Assembly (NCBI RefSeq): GCF_009914755.1
Contig: NC_060930.1
Direction: 5' to 3' (one strand)
DNA from: the human T2T-CHM13v2.0 reference genome, Homo sapiens
Length of the DNA stretch: 64,000 nt
The translations under genes were made by a program, and so were the position numbers. The notes beneath the pieces were generated by a model. It was not told the DNA's origin and searched no databases. It saw only the letters and a list, made by a program, of their open reading frames with translations. Below, one piece after another: positions 17,621 through 37,956 of the stretch. Numbering within the stretch: the stretch's first letter is position 1; every line of letters begins with the position of its first letter.

Positions 17621-18678
17621 TAATTAATTAAAAATAAAATATATAGTTTGCATTTTCTGCTTTTACTAAACAAGCTATCAGGTAAAGCCCCCTAGAATTC
17701 ATACCTTTCTCTACCTCCCAGATGGCACTGGCTGAGGATCTGAAGGGAGAGGAGGAGGTCAGCTTTCTGATGGAACTTACCTAACACATGTTGAAAGTTC
17801 CACTTTTCAGGACATTGGGCATTATCAGTGGTCAGACACCCCACCCCAGACACAAGAAATGGTACTAACTTTAACAAATTACAGCCAAGGGTTTTAATTA
17901 TTAATGGCTAAATTACCAGTACCAATGATTCAATGTATTTTAGATCACTATGCTTCTAGAGAAGATAAACACAGTGAAGTCAAGGCTCAGACAAATTATC
18001 CATTTGTAGTTCCTGAAGACCTCACAGGAATTTTAACAGTAGTAATAAGGAAAGCAGCTAAATGATCTGACCCAAATACAGTCCAGGAAATAGTTACTGT
18101 ATTGTTTCCATTAAACAAAAATGCCACTTCCTTCCCACTCTGCTAAGAAAACTGGGTACGTGTTATGAGAAAACACAGAGGGGGATGAGCTTCCACAATG
18201 AAGTAAATGATTTCTTTTATACTAAGCATTTACTAATTTTAATCAATAAATCCTAAAAATGGTATTTCCACTAAGAGTGATAACTTTAATTTTTTAAAAG
18301 AGCTATATTATTACATGTGTGGCTTTTATGTAAATGTTAAACAATGACTAGAAAAAGAATCTAGAAATCACTAAATTATAATAATGAAGAATAAGTAACA
18401 CCATAACTTTCGATAATTTTGTGTTTTGCAGTGCACCTAAGGACAACATTAATCTGAAAGTAAGCTTTCCTTGAATTTCTAAGCTTTGATATTTACTGTC
18501 TATTCAAAGCTGCTTGAAAATAAATTATGTACATATTTTTTGCAGGGAGGGGTCAAATCTCACATACACTCTCCTCTTTGAAATGTTCTCCAGTGTAAGT
18601 TCTGGTCACATACTTCGATACACTTCAAACAAACACCCACAACGGGGAAAGGTTCTTTTAAATAAAATACACAGGGAA

Positions 18679-18912
18679 GGCCGGGCATGGTGGCTCATGC
18701 CTGTAATCCCAGCACTTTGGGAGGCCAAGGTGGGCAGATCACTTGAGGTCAGGAGTCTGAGACCAGCCTGGCTAACATGGCGAAACCTCATCTCTACTAA
18801 AAATAAAAAAATTAGCCAGGCATGAATCACCTGAACCTGGGAGCCGGAGTCGTGCCACTGTACTCCAGCCTGGGCAACAGAGCAAGACTCCATGTCCAAA
18901 AAAACAAAAAAC
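18679..18912 (+). mobile_element. AluS with two internal right-arm deletions
   Basis: ccaggcatg joins directly to aatcacctgaacc, and gggagccggag joins to tcgtgccactg. Confidence 0.85.
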
Positions 18913-21767
18913 TATATATATATATATAAAATGCAGGGAAGTTTTTTTTCCCAAGATGGCAGATTGGAGGCAGTGTTAGCATGCCTCTCCCACTAGGAAA
19001 GACAAAATAGTGTGTAGAGACTCACTCTGGGAACTTTTTTCCAAGAAGCAACGCAGGAACTTAGGAAACCTGAAAAAATCCACAGACCCTTTGAAAGAAG
19101 TGTCAGGCTGCAGCCTACACCGTGAACCAGGCAAAAAACTGTAAGTCTCCTGAGTGTGAGAAGGGGAAAGACTGCCTCCAAGATATACATCCCCACCAGG
19201 GAACCTGGAAATCCAGGCCACAGAGAAGGGCCTTAACCCCACCCAGCACAGGAGCTGATTTAGGGAGTGGTGAGGAATAGAAAGGTAGGAGCAGCAGTGG
19301 GAAGAGCCTTGCATGCATTCTCCAATGCAGACTGAGGGAAGCCATTCTACCTCACAGGGGACCTCGTGGAAGTCAGCCAGCTAACTCAGGCAGTGGCTGC
19401 AGGTTGAAAGAAGCCCTCAACTGAATTTCACAATGTAACCTCAAGTGGGGACAAACCCCCTTGGCCAGAACTAGGCGACGAGTGGGAAGTGTGCTGCAGC
19501 CATGAGTGCAGGAGCTGGGTGCCCTGGCTTTGCCAGCAGACTGGGAGGGGCAGTTGCTATCTCCAGGTAAGGCTTATACCCTGGGGCAGTTTTGAGTTCT
19601 GAGCATACACAGCCTGAACTTAGCTCATTGCTGCTAGCAGAATACGGTGGGTGTCAGATCTGCCTTGCCAAGTGCATGGGAACTGGGTGGGGCTTACTGC
19701 CGCATACTACTCCCCACTCCCTGCATGAACTCTTCTGTGCAGCAGAGGCAGCTATGTTCCTCTCTGGAACATTACCCCAGAGGCCAGAGAACCACCTCCT
19801 GACTCCCACAGAGGCCGCTGCTTTCCTTGCATGCAGGGAATCAGAGCACAGACCTACCTGACTGAGCCCCCACCTGGCTTTGCCCCTCCACCCACCCTGG
19901 TAGCTTAACACAAAAGACAAAAACTTCTGGGAGCTTTTCGGCCCCACCCATCACCTGAAAAATCAGAGTACCTCCCCTGGGTAACACAAGGCAAGTAAAA
20001 ATCCCACCACTACTACCACAGGTGGTGCTCTCTTGCAAGCGTCACTTCCTGGCTAGAGGCCAATCAACACAGTCCATTAAAGCATCTCCAGGTAGAATAA
20101 CATTGACATTGTGGCCAGGAAGGAAAAAACTTGTGCATCACCACTGCCTGTACCACTCTGCCTAACCAGGAGGTCCTGAATCTGCCCACATGACAGGTTC
20201 ATTACTATTACAATCAGCATTTGAGAAAGCCAACATACTAAGGCTATCTATATCTAAGGAATCTCGGAGTCTGCGTCACTCCCCGGCCACCCTCATCAGA
20301 CTTGGTGCTGGTACCCACTGCTGAAAGACTTGAGGACAGGTCACATCACTGGATTCTTTGCAGACATTCTGCAGCACCAGCCTGGAGTGTGGCAGCCCCA
20401 CTGGGCAGCTAGACCCACAGGAGCAACAGCATTCACAGTAATCTGGCTCTCAGGGACTCCTACTCCTAGGGGAAGGGGAAGTGCACCATATCAAAGGAAC
20501 ATCCCGTGGGACAAAATCATTGCGACAGCAGGCTTTGAGTCCCAGATCTTTCCACTAGTGGTAAATTTCTTTCAGCAGAGGCATAGTTGCAGTGCTGGGC
20601 TCAGTGGGGAAAGTCTGCAGCTCTACCCCAACAGTCAGGTGGCCCTGGTGCTCATGAAGGGTCTTGGAGAAGGGGACTTCTATTCCCCCTCGTTCAACAC
20701 TGCAGACAGTTAGGGCTTCCCCCACAGGAGCTCAGTATGTGTGCACCTATAGACAGCCTTTCTGGAACTCTTCATGGTGACTGCATCCCCACAGGAGGAG
20801 TATCTGCCAGGTTCAGGCTTGCATAAGAGGTAGAGTCACAACTCCTCTCTACTCAGAACATCAACATTCCTGCAGATGAAGAAGCGCCCATCTGATAAAT
20901 AGCCAGACTACTGGGTCAGAAGTGGGTCTAGGAGATAGATAGCTTCCCTGCTGACCTGGCAGGGGAGCTGAGATGGCTCCCACCTTTCCCCCGTAAGACC
21001 TCAGTGCATTCCACTGAAAGCTTCCCCAGCCACCTCTGACAAGGCTGTGACTTCTGCCCATCATTGGCTATTGCATTTACCCAACTGCTTGAGCACAATG
21101 GGTTTCTACCCAAGGACACCTCCCCTACTGGCCTGAAGCTTAAAATAGTCACCCTAGTAAATAAAATACTGGGGAAAAAATAAATAAGTAAGTCCACACC
21201 ACAAAGGAATAAGATAAGCTTCAAGAGACCACTGCCATTCCAACCCTATAGGAGACAATGAATTTGCTCACACACTGAGCACATTGCTACTACAACCAGC
21301 ATCTGAGACAGTCATCAAAGACTCTCTATAATGACAGAACTCATATAGAGTCATCACCCCTGAAAATACCAAAAGCCAAATTAGGCTATAATAAACTATA
21401 AACATTAAAGTCACATCCTTAAGGAAGGGAAAAAGAAATTTTATAAAAAGTCAAATAAAAAATAAATTCAAGAATAATTAGGAAAGATAGTTTACCCAAA
21501 TGACAAGGAACCAGAAAAATAATTCTGGTAATATGATAAAACAGAGCTCAGCAACATCCACAAAAGATTACACTAGCCCTCCAGCAATGGATCCAAACCA
21601 AGATGAAATATTCGAAATATCAGATAAAGAATCCAAAAGGTTAATTATTAAGCCACTCAAGGAGATTCCAGAGAAATGTGAAAACCAACATGAAGAAATT
21701 TTTTAAAAAAAATCCAGGATATGAATGAAAAATTTTCTAAGAGATAGACATCTTAAAGAAAACCCGA

Positions 21768-22942
<1,175 letters not shown>

Positions 22943-23228
22943 CTAGAACAAGTAGAAGAAAGAATTTCAGGCTCGAAGCTAAGGCTTTTGAACTAACCCA
23001 ATCACAAAAGGAAAAAAAAAAGAATTTGAAAAATGAACAAAGTCTCCAAGAAATATGAGATTATGTAAAATAGGCAAAGGTAAAAATAACTGGTGTTCCT
23101 GAGGGAGAAGAGACAATAAAAAGTTTGGAAAACTTACCTGAGGGAATAATTGAGGAAAACTTCCTGGCCTTTGGCTAGAGATTTAGATATACAAATATAA
23201 GAAGCACAAAGAACTCCTGGAAAATTCA

Positions 23229-23729
<501 letters not shown>

Positions 23730-25409
23730 TCACACCGTGAACTTTTGCTCCAAGAACCACTCACTGCAGGAGCGTACCAGGAAAACTGAAAGAATTCACA
23801 GACCCTTTGAAAGAAGCAGCTGGCCACTGCAGTTCCAAAAGTGTGAGAGAGGGAAAAGTCTGCCTCCAAACACATATCCTCACTGGGGAACCTGAAAATC
23901 CAGATCATGGGAGAAGGATTTAGCTTTACCTAGAGCCGAACTGGATTTAGTGAGCTAAGCAAAATATAAAAGTAGAAGAAGCAGTGGAAAGAGCCCTGCA
24001 GGCACTCCCGGTCTCCGGCAGGTGGGAAGGGGCAAGGCTGGAAAGCCCTGCTTGCTTTCTCAGTGGAGTTATGCCCTGGGGTGAGAGTGCAGCCCTATAG
24101 GCTGGCTGCCTGGATATAAACTTGGTGCTGTTAGTGGGGCACAACAGGAATGAGGTTGGCCTTGCTGGCTGTGTGGGAGCTAGGTGAAGCCTGTCATTGC
24201 TGGCTTTCCCCTACTTCCCTGGTGACCTGAATGACACAACAGAGGCAGCCATAATTCCCCTTGGAACATAATCCCATTGGCTTAAGAACCACCCCATCCC
24301 CCATACTGGCCACAGCAAGTCCTGCCCTGAGCTCAGACCCACCTAACCCTGCCCCTACCTGATGGTTTTTCTCTACCTGCCCAAGTAGCTGAAGACAAAA
24401 GACATAAATGCTTGGGAGCTCAATGGCCCCACCCATAGCCTGAGAAACCTGAATATTTATCCATAAATGAAGGGGAGATAAAGTATTTTTCAAACAAGCA
24501 ATTGCTGAGTGAATTCGCCACTACCAAGCAAGCACTACAATAAATGCTAATAGGAGTTCTAAATCTTGAAACAAAAACCTCAAAATACACCAAAATAGAA
24601 CCTCCTCATAGCATAAATCTCACAGGGCCTACAAAACAATAACACAATGAAAAAAAAAAAAAAAACAAGGTGTTCAGGCAACAACTAGCATGATGAATGG
24701 AACAGTAACTCACATCTCCATACTAATGTTGAATGTAAATGGCTGAAATGCTCCACTTGAAAGATACAGGATGACAGAATGCATAAAAACCCACCAACCA
24801 AGTATCTGCTGTCTTCAAGAGACTCACCTAACACATAAGGCCTCACATAAGCTTAAAGTAAAGCAGTAGAAAAAGATATGCAAAAGGAAACTATGTTTCC
24901 ATGCAAAAGGAAACTAGAAGCCAGCAGGAATAGCTATTCTTATATCAGACAACACAGACTTTAAAGCAACAACAGTTTAAAAAGACAAAGACGGACATTA
25001 TATAATGATAAAAGGATCGGTCCAACAGAAAAGTATCACAATCCTAAAGATATATGCACCTAACACTGGAGCTCCCAAATTTATAAAATTACTACTAGAC
25101 CTAAGAAATGAGATAGATGGCAACACAGTAATAGTGGGGGACCTCAATACTCCACTGACAGCACTAGACAAGACAGAAAGTCAACAAAGAAACAAGGGAC
25201 TTTAACTATACCCTAGAACAAATGGACTTAACAGATATTTACAGAACATTCTACCCAACAACTGCGGAGAATACGTTCTTTTCATTAGCACATGGAACAT
25301 TCTCCAAGACAGACCATATGATAGGCCCCAAAAAAGTGTCAGTAAATTTAAGGAAATCGAAATTATATCAAGCACTCTCTCAGAACATGGTAAAATAAAA
25401 TTGGAAATT

Positions 25410-25755
25410 GGCTGGGCATGGTGGCTTATGGCTGTAATCCCAGCACTTTGGGAGGCCAAGGCAGGCAGATCACCTGAGGTGAAGAGTTCGAGACTAGCCT
25501 GGCCAACATGGCAAAACCCCATCTCTACTAAAAATAGAAAAATTAGCCAAGCATGGTGGCAGGTGCCTGTAATCTTAGCTACTCAGGAGGCTGAGGCAGA
25601 AGAATCACTTTAACCCAGGACACAGAGGTTGCAGTGAACTGAGATGGCGCCACTGCACTCCAGTCTGAGCCAGAGAGTAGGACAAGGAAAGGAGAAAGGG
25701 TAAAGGGGAAAGGGGAAAGGGGAAAGGAAAGAAGAAAGGAAAGGAGAAAGGAAAT
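25410..25755 (+). mobile_element. AluS with a (GGGGAAA/GGAAA)n purine tail, nested in L1
   Basis: Flanked by aaattggaaatt on both sides. Confidence 0.88.
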
Positions 25756-27214
25756 TGGAAATTAATTCCAAAAGGAAGCCTCAAAACTATACAAATACAT
25801 GGAAATTAAATAATCTGCTCCTGAATGACCTTTGGGTCAACAATGAAATCAAGATGAAAATTTAAAAATTCTTTCAACTGAACGATAATAGTGACACAAC
25901 CTAGCAAAACCTCTGGGATACAGAAAAAGCACTGCTAAAAGGGACATTCATAGCATTAAATGCCTAAAAATGTCTGAAAAAATCACAAACTGACAACCTA
26001 AAGTCACACCTCAAGGAGCTAGAGAAACAAGGACAAACTAAACCCAAAGTTAGCAGAAGAAAACAAATAAAGATTAGAACAGAACTAAATAAAATTGAAA
26101 CAAAAAAATTTACAATAGATCAATGAAACAACTGGTTCTTTGAAAAGATAAACAAAATTGATAGACCATTAGCAAGATTAACCAAGAAAAGAAGAGAGAA
26201 GATCGAAATAAGCTCAATTAGAAATGAAACTGGAGATATTACAACCGATACCACAGAAATACAAAAGATTATTCAAGGCTACTATGAACACCTTTATGCG
26301 CACAAAGTAGAAAACCTAGAGGATATGGGTAAATTCCTGAAAATATACAACCCTCCTAGATTAACTTGGGAAGAAATAGAAACTCTGAACAGACCAATAA
26401 CAAGTACTGAGATTAAAATAGTAATTAAAAAAAAAACTACCAACAAAAAAAGTCCAGGACCAGATGGATTCACAGCTGAATTCTATCAGACATTCAAAGA
26501 AGAATTGGTACCAATCTTACTGAAACTATTACAAAAGATAGACAAAGAGGAAATCGTCCCTAAATCATTCTATGAAGCCAATATCACTCTAATATCAAAA
26601 CCAAGAAAGGATATATTGAAAAAAGAAAACCACTGACCAATATTCCTGATGAACACAAATGCAAACATCCTCAACAAAATACTAGCTAACCAAATCTAAC
26701 AGCATATCGAAAAGATAATACACCATGATCAAGTGGGTTCATAACAGTGATACAGGGATGGTTTAACATATGCAAGCCAATAAATGTGATACATCACATA
26801 ATCATAGTTAAAAACAAAAATGATATGATCATGTCAATAGATGCAGAAAAAGCATTTGAAAAAATCCAGTATCCCTTTAGGATTAAAACCACCAACAAAA
26901 TCAGCATAGAAGGAACATAGCTTAAGGTAATAAAAGGCATCTATGACAAACCCACAGGCAACATGATACTGAATGAGGAAAAGTTGAAAGCATTTCCACT
27001 GAAAACTGGAACAAGACAAGGATACCCACTTTCCCCACTTCTATTCAACACAGTATTGGAAGTCCTAGCCAGAGCAATCAGACAAGAGAAAGAAAGAAAG
27101 GGCATCCACATTGGTAAAAAGGAGGTCAAAGTGTCGCTGCTTGCTGATATGATTGTATACCTAGAAAACCCTAAAGATGCATCCAAAAAGCTCCCAGATC
27201 TGATAAATTCACTA

Positions 27215-27850
<636 letters not shown>

Positions 27851-29371
27851 TTCAATAAAGTTTCAAATTACAAGATCAATGTACACAAATTAGTAGCACT
27901 GCTATGCACCAACAGTGACCAAGCTGAGAATGAAAGCAAGAACTCAACCCCTTTTATAACAGCTGCAAAAAAATAAAATAAAAATACTTAGGAATATAGC
28001 TAACCAAGGGAGAAATATACCTAACCAAGGAGGTGAAAGCTCTCCACAAGGAAAACTACAAAACACTGCTGAAAGAAGTCATAGATGACATGAACAAATG
28101 GAAACACATCCCCTGCTTATGGGTGGGTAGAATCAATATTGTGTAGATGACCATATTGCCAAAAGCGATCCATAAATTCAATGCAATTCCCATGAAAATA
28201 CCGTCATCATTCTTCACAGAACTAAAAAAAAAAAGCAATCCTAAAATTAATATGGAATGAAAAAAGAGCCCACATAGCCAAAGCAAGACTAGGCAAAAAG
28301 AACAAAGCTGGAGGCATCACATTACCCAATTTCAAACTATACTACAAGGCTATAGTTACCAGAACAGCATGGTACTGGCATAAAAATAGGCACACAGACC
28401 AACAGAACAGAATAGAGAACCCAGAAATAAAGCCAAATACTTACAGTCAACTGATCTTCGACAAAGCAAACAAAAATATAAAGTGGGGAAAGGACACCCT
28501 ATTCAACAAAAAGTGCTGGGATAATTCACAAGCCACAGGTAGAAGATGAAACTGGATCCTCATCTCTTACCTTATACAGAAATCAACTGAAGATGGATCA
28601 AAGACTTAACTCTAAGGCATGAAACCATAAAAATTATAGAAGATAACCTTAAAAAAACCCTTCTGGACATTGGAATAGGCAAAGAATTCATGACTAAAAG
28701 CCCAAAAGCAAATGTAAAAAAAGCAAAAATAAACAAATGGGACCTGATTAAACTAACAAGTACCTGCACAGCAAAAGAAATAATCACGAGTAAACAACCC
28801 ACAGAATGGGAGAAAATATTTGCAAACTATGCATCCAACAAAGGACTAATATCCAGAATCTACAAGGAACTCAAACAAATCAGCAAGAAAAAAAAAACAA
28901 ATAATTCCATCAAAAAGTGGGCAAATGACAGACATTTCTCAAAAGAAGATATACAAATGGTCAATAAATATATGAAAAAAATGCTCAACATCACTAATCA
29001 TCAGGGAAATGAAAATGAAGACCACAATGAGATACCACCTTACTTCTGCAAGAATGGCCATTAAGAAAGCCAAAAAACAATAGATGTTGTTGTGGATATG
29101 GTGAAAAGGGAATACTTAACACTGCTGGTTGGAATGTAAATGAGTACAACCTCTATGGAAAACAGTATGGAAAATTCTTAAAGAACTAAGCATAGATCCA
29201 CCATTCAATCCAGCAATCCCACTACCAGGTGTCTACCCAAAGAAAAAGAAGTCATTATATCAAAGGCAGCTGCATACATATGTTTATCACAGCACAATCC
29301 ACAACTGCAAAGATATGGAACCAACCTAAGTGCTCATTAACCAATGAGTGGATAAAGAAAATGTGGTAGAT

Positions 29372-30016
<645 letters not shown>

Positions 30017-30462
30017 GCATGGATGAAGCTGGAGGCCATTATTTTAAGTGAAATAACTCAGGAATGGCAAACCAAATACCATATGGTGGGAGCTAAGCTA
30101 TGGATACACAAAAGTATTCAAAGTGTTATAATGGATATTGGAGATTCAGAAGAAGGGAGGGTGGGAGGAGATAAAGAACTATATATTGGTTATAATGTAC
30201 ACTACTCGGGTATGAGGTGCACTAAAAATCTCAAAATTCACCACTATATAATTCATCCATGTAACCAAAAACTACTTGTACCCCACAAGCTATTCAAATT
30301 TTTAAAATATTAAAAATATAATACACAAGAAAAGGGTCAATAAATTTGACTACAGAACTATCTTGTACAGAAAATACATCCTGAACAAAGTCAAAAAGCT
30401 AACAAAATGTTTGGAAATCATCAAGTCATAAGAAAGTAGACGGCTAATTTGCTGACTTACAG

Positions 30463-30988
30463 CAGGGGTCCCTAACCCCTGGGCCATGGACCCATACTGG
30501 CTCATGGCCTGTTAGGAACAAGCCACACAGCAGGAGGTGGGCAGCAGGTAAGTAAGCGAAGCTTCATCTGTATTTACAGCTGCTCCCCACTGCTCACATT
30601 ACCACCTGAGCTCTATCTCCTGTCAGATAAGCAGCAGCATTAGATTCTCATAGGACCACGAACCCCATTATGAACTGCATGTGCAAGGGATGTGGGCTGT
30701 GCACTCTTTATGAGAATCTAATGCTTGATGATCTGTCACTGTCTCCCAGTACCCCCAGATAGAATCATCTTGTTGCAGGAAAACAAGTTCAGAGTTCCCA
30801 CTGATTACACACTATGGTGAGATGTATAATTATTTCATTATATGTTACAATGTAGTAATAATAGAAATAAAGTGCATAATAAATGTAATGTGTTTGAATC
30901 ATCCAGAAAGCATCCCCCGAACCCCGGTATGTGAAAAAATTGTCTCCACAAAACCAGTCCCTGGTGCCAAAAAGGTTGGGGACTGCTA
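30463..30988 (+). mobile_element. MER1A (hAT-Charlie non-autonomous element)
   Basis: Terminal inverted repeats caggggtccctaacc...ggttggggactgcta; 526 bp; imperfect 8-bp TSD acttacag/gcttatag. Confidence 0.88.
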
Positions 30989-31012
30989 GCTTATAGAGCT
31001 TATAAAATTCAG

Positions 31013-31832
<820 letters not shown>

Positions 31833-31835
31833 TGG

Positions 31836-32227
<392 letters not shown>

Positions 32228-32422
32228 TTATCTAACAATATGACTATCTCAACTGAAGAATGCAAATTGAAGCAATGGAGACATATTTTTCACTGATCAG
32301 ATTGGGAAAAATTTTAAAGCTTAAGAGCATCCAGACAGCATCAATAAGGAACTGGTTGAAGAAATTAAAGTCCATCCCTACAGTGGAATATTATATAGCC
32401 ATTAAAAAAGAATGCAATAAGA

Positions 32423-33212
<790 letters not shown>

Positions 33213-33646
33213 AATTTAAAAAATGACCTTTGACTTGGGGGTTAAAAAAATAAGATCTGTATTGTCGATATGGAAAGATCACTAAGACATAATATTAAGT
33301 GATAAAGATGGAAAAGAATATATATATCTATCTCTTTGGTATTTTTAAAAGATACATATGTAATGGTACATGCACAAAAAACGTCATTATAAGAAGCCAT
33401 TTTTACTAGCTACTTTTGTGCAGAATGACCAGGTGTTAAAGAAGACAAAGGTTTAACATTTTTCATTTTGTATCTTTCTGTATTAATATAACAAATAGCA
33501 ATTGTGATATTGTTTGAATTCTTATTATGCATATATTTCTATTTCTGAAATGTCAACAGGAGTTAACTGGTGAATCAAATTTGGTTTGCTACTTTATGTT
33601 GCTCTGTATTTTTCAAATTATTTTTTGTAAAAGTCTACTCTAAGGT

Positions 33647-33866
33647 ATTGTTTTTCAAACTGCATCTTATGACCCATTAGTGAATCATGAAATCCATCTA
33701 TTCAGTTGAAACCAGCATTTCCCCCACCCTACCCCCGGCAAGTGAAATAACCTGAACTGGACTAAAATAGAAAATAATTGAAAACACCAGTGCACATCAT
33801 AGATTATGAGCAAGAAAGAGCCAGACCAAGAATAGGCAAGCTGACTCAAAGTTTGAAAACCACTGC
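33647..33866. mobile_element. hAT-Charlie-type MITE (subfamily uncertain)
   Basis: Inverted ends tgtttttcaaact...agtttgaaaaccactg with ctctaag on both flanks. Confidence 0.55.
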
Positions 33867-34131
33867 TCTAAGATATTATGTTAGCAGTACTTTGAATAGG
33901 GTGCTTAGGGAAATATATTAATTATGTTATAATTAATATTTCAAAACCAAGAATGATTTTATGTTAAATGGAGTTTTTATATGTCAATTCTTAGTATGAC
34001 CAATTTCAAAAAATACTATTAATTGAAATGATAATGGAGAAAATACATAATTTCTGAAAATTCAGAGACAAAACTCTAAAAGGACAGCTATACAACATAC
34101 ACTGATTTGAATGAAACTGAAAAAATGAACC

Positions 34132-34430
<299 letters not shown>

Positions 34431-35616
34431 AAATGAACCTATATACATATATTTAGAATAGTCCCACATTATAAATTATACACATTCATGTCTTTGGAAT
34501 AGATAAGCTTGAAATTAAAGTTAGAGTGTTTACCTATGAAGAGGTCACCAAAATAATAAATTTTTAAAATGCTAGGCTATCTGAAAATTCCAGAATATTG
34601 ACAGAAGACCACATAGTTCAAATATACATACAACAATAATCAGGGCATGCATTTTAAGTTGTTGTTTTTGGTGTCAAAGGATGTGTTTGTTCTGATTACA
34701 ACACAATCTATTGCCCAATCTCCTGTTTGGTCAAGACAGATAACTCCAAAATGACTAGCCAGGATTGGGAACATAGTTCAGTCAATAATTAAGTAAAATT
34801 AAAGGACTAGTGGAGTATGAAATCAAAAGACTTTATTTTCATTAACACAGCAACCAAACCATGTACTGTGTATTTTGCAGTCAGAGCAGCCTTGGGAAGC
34901 CCTATCTTTTTTTAATTTCATGAACCCCAATGTCATGTATCTTTACTACTTACCTTACATTATCTTTTTCTCCCTTTTATCCAACTCTCCACCCCTCCTC
35001 CCCACCAACCCTTGTCTGCTTTTTACTTCCTTTGTTCCTTTCCATTCATTAAATCCATTACTCTTAATGATCTCTCACTCTTCCAAATCCCTATGGGGAT
35101 TATCTATACCACTCATTTGGAAGTCAGCAAATGATCTCTTGTATTATTTATCTTTTTTATACATAACCTATTTTTACATACACTTATATTAACTATTTGG
35201 TAAAGTGTAAAGTCATTCCATGTTATGAATGCAGTCAATATCAACAAATCTTTTTAGTTATCTTTTTAAGTTCTCATATAACCCAGAAGTCAAAAGTTGT
35301 TCAGGGCATGTGTTCTACAACTATATAGATTCAGGTAATCTACACGTGCCCCAGGACTGTGGGATCATAGGCCAAGGCTAATTCTGGAAGCAATGAGAGG
35401 GAGATGGAGGGAGGGAGAATAGGACCTGGCATGGGCAATGGCAATAAAAATAGAAAGGAGGGGTTACATAAAAAGAGGGCAAGAAAGAGTGAATAGGATT
35501 TAGTAATTGATAGGCTGAGGGAAAATGACCCAGGATGGTACAAGCAACCAAAAAGATGGTGGTACAATTTAGAGATAAGGAAAAGCATTACAGGTTTAAG
35601 GTGTGAAGAAATGTAG

Positions 35617-35913
35617 TTTTTTTTTTTTTTTTGGAGATGGAGTTTCACTCTTGTCACCCAGGCTGGAGCAATGGCACAATCTCAGCTCACCGCAGCCTCT
35701 GCCTACCAGGTTCAAGCAATTCTCCTGCCTCAGCCTCCCGAATACCTGGGATTACAGGCATGCGCCACCACGCCCGGCTAATTTTGTATTTTTAGTAGAG
35801 ACGGGGTTTCTCCATGTTGGTCAGGCTGGTCTCAAACTCCCAACCTCAGGTGATCCACCTGCCTCGGCCTCCGTAAGTGCTGGGATTACAGGCGTGAGCC
35901 ACTGCGCCTGGCC
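35617..35913 (-). mobile_element. AluS (Sp-like)
   Basis: Antisense dimer with TSD agaaatgtag. Confidence 0.9.
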
Positions 35914-36307
35914 AGAAATGTAGATTTTAGTATCAGATGTGATGAGCTCAAGATGTTCATGGGGCATACAGTTAGTGATCCTGGTTATCTGGATCTGAAG
36001 CTCAGGAGAGAGTGCTCAACTGCAGGTAAAGAACTTGGGAGTCATAAACATAGAGAAGAGATTGCCCAGAAGCATTGTAAGGGAGCAAATGGGAAGGGCA
36101 TTCAGGAGAGAGCTCTTTTGGAAAATAAAAACATTATAAGCGTCTGAAAAAGAGCTATTTAAGGCACAGGATTACACAGACTCCGAAGGTACGTTCACAG
36201 AAGCGAAGCATCCTTCTCTCAGGAGAGGATATTGTTATGAAAACCAAGAAAGATTACCTTCCTCCCAGAAGCGGAAACAGATAACAATTTCAGTATTAAG
36301 AGAAATA

Positions 36308-36600
36308 TCTCAGCAAATTAACACAGGAACAGAAACCAAATGCCACATGTTCCCACTCATAAGTGAGAGTTGAACAATGAGAACATATAGCCACAGGGAG
36401 GGGAACATCACACACTGGGGCTTGTCAGGGGTAGGGAGCAGGGATAGCATTAGGAGAAATACCAGATGTAGATGATGGGTTGATGGGTGCAGCAAACCAC
36501 CATGGCACATGTATACCTATGTAATAAACCTGCACGTTCTACACATGTATCCCAGAACTTAAAGTATAATAAAAAATAAAAATAATAATAATAAAAAAAA
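36308..36600 (+). mobile_element. L1PA (PA7/8-like) 3' end
   Basis: gggtgcagcaaaccaccatggcacatgtatacctatgtaa...cagaacttaaagtataat plus A-tail. Confidence 0.88.
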
Positions 36601-36616
36601 TCTGGACCTTAACCTG

Positions 36617-37287
36617 TTTTGTTTTCTTGTTTGTTTGTTTGTTTTTGAGACGGAGTCTTGCTGTCGCCCAGGCTGGAGTGCAATGGCGTGATCTCTGCTC
36701 ACTGCAGCCTCTGCCTCCTGGGTTGATGTGATTCTTCTGTGTCAGCCTCCCGAGTAGCTGGGATTACAGGCGCCCACCACCACACCCAGCTAATTTTTGT
36801 ATTTTTAGGAGAGAAGGGGTTTCACCATGTTGGCCAGGCTGCTCTCAAACTCCTGACCTCAGGTGATCCACCTGCCTCAGCCTCTCAAAGTGCTAGGATT
36901 ACAGAAGTGAGCCACCGTGCATGCCCAGCCAACCTGTTGTTTACAACAATGTCAACAGCATGCTGGGTAACACTGTTGTTTTTTTTTTTTTTTTTTTTTT
37001 TTTTTTTGAGACAGAGTCTGGCTCTGTCGCCCATGCTGGAGTGCAGTGGCGTGATCTCAGCTCACTGCAAGCTCCGCCTCCCAGGTTCATGCCATTCTCC
37101 TGCCTCAGCCTCCTAAGTAGCTGGGATTACAGGCGCCTGCCACCACGCCCAGCTGATTTTTCTATTTTTAGTGGAGACAGGGTTTCACCATGTTAGCCAG
37201 GATGGTCTTGATCTCCTGACCTTGTGATCCACCTGCCTCGGCCTCCCAAAGTGCTGGGATTACAAGCGTGAGCCACCGCGCCTGGCC
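36617..37287 (-). mobile_element. Two antisense Alus: AluS 36617-36930 and AluY 36979-37287
   Basis: First flanked by aacctgtt; second has Y diagnostics and TSD ctgggtaacactgttg. Confidence 0.9.
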
Positions 37288-37605
37288 CACTGGGTAACAC
37301 TGTTGATAGACTCTTCCAGTTTTGCCAGAGTAACATTGTGGGACACTCCTGTTTGAAATTTTTGAATAGTACCCATACCCTTGATGTCTACAATATCACC
37401 TTTCTTGTAGATTCACATGTATGTGGCCAAAGGAATAACTCCACGTTTTCTAAAAGGCTATATTTTTAAAGAAAATATAGCAGTGCTACTCCTCTTTCCC
37501 TTTGTCAATTTGGCAAAGTGGAAGATGGCAGTTCTGGCCAGAAGACATTATTTTTACATCTCTCTTTTACAGTTAAAAAAAAAAAAAAAAAAAAACTGAG
37601 AAGGC

Positions 37606-37956
<351 letters not shown>

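Noticed and set aside
17712-17730. CTCF-like ctcccagatggcac
   Set aside because: Two mismatches in the 5' core; too weak without binding data.
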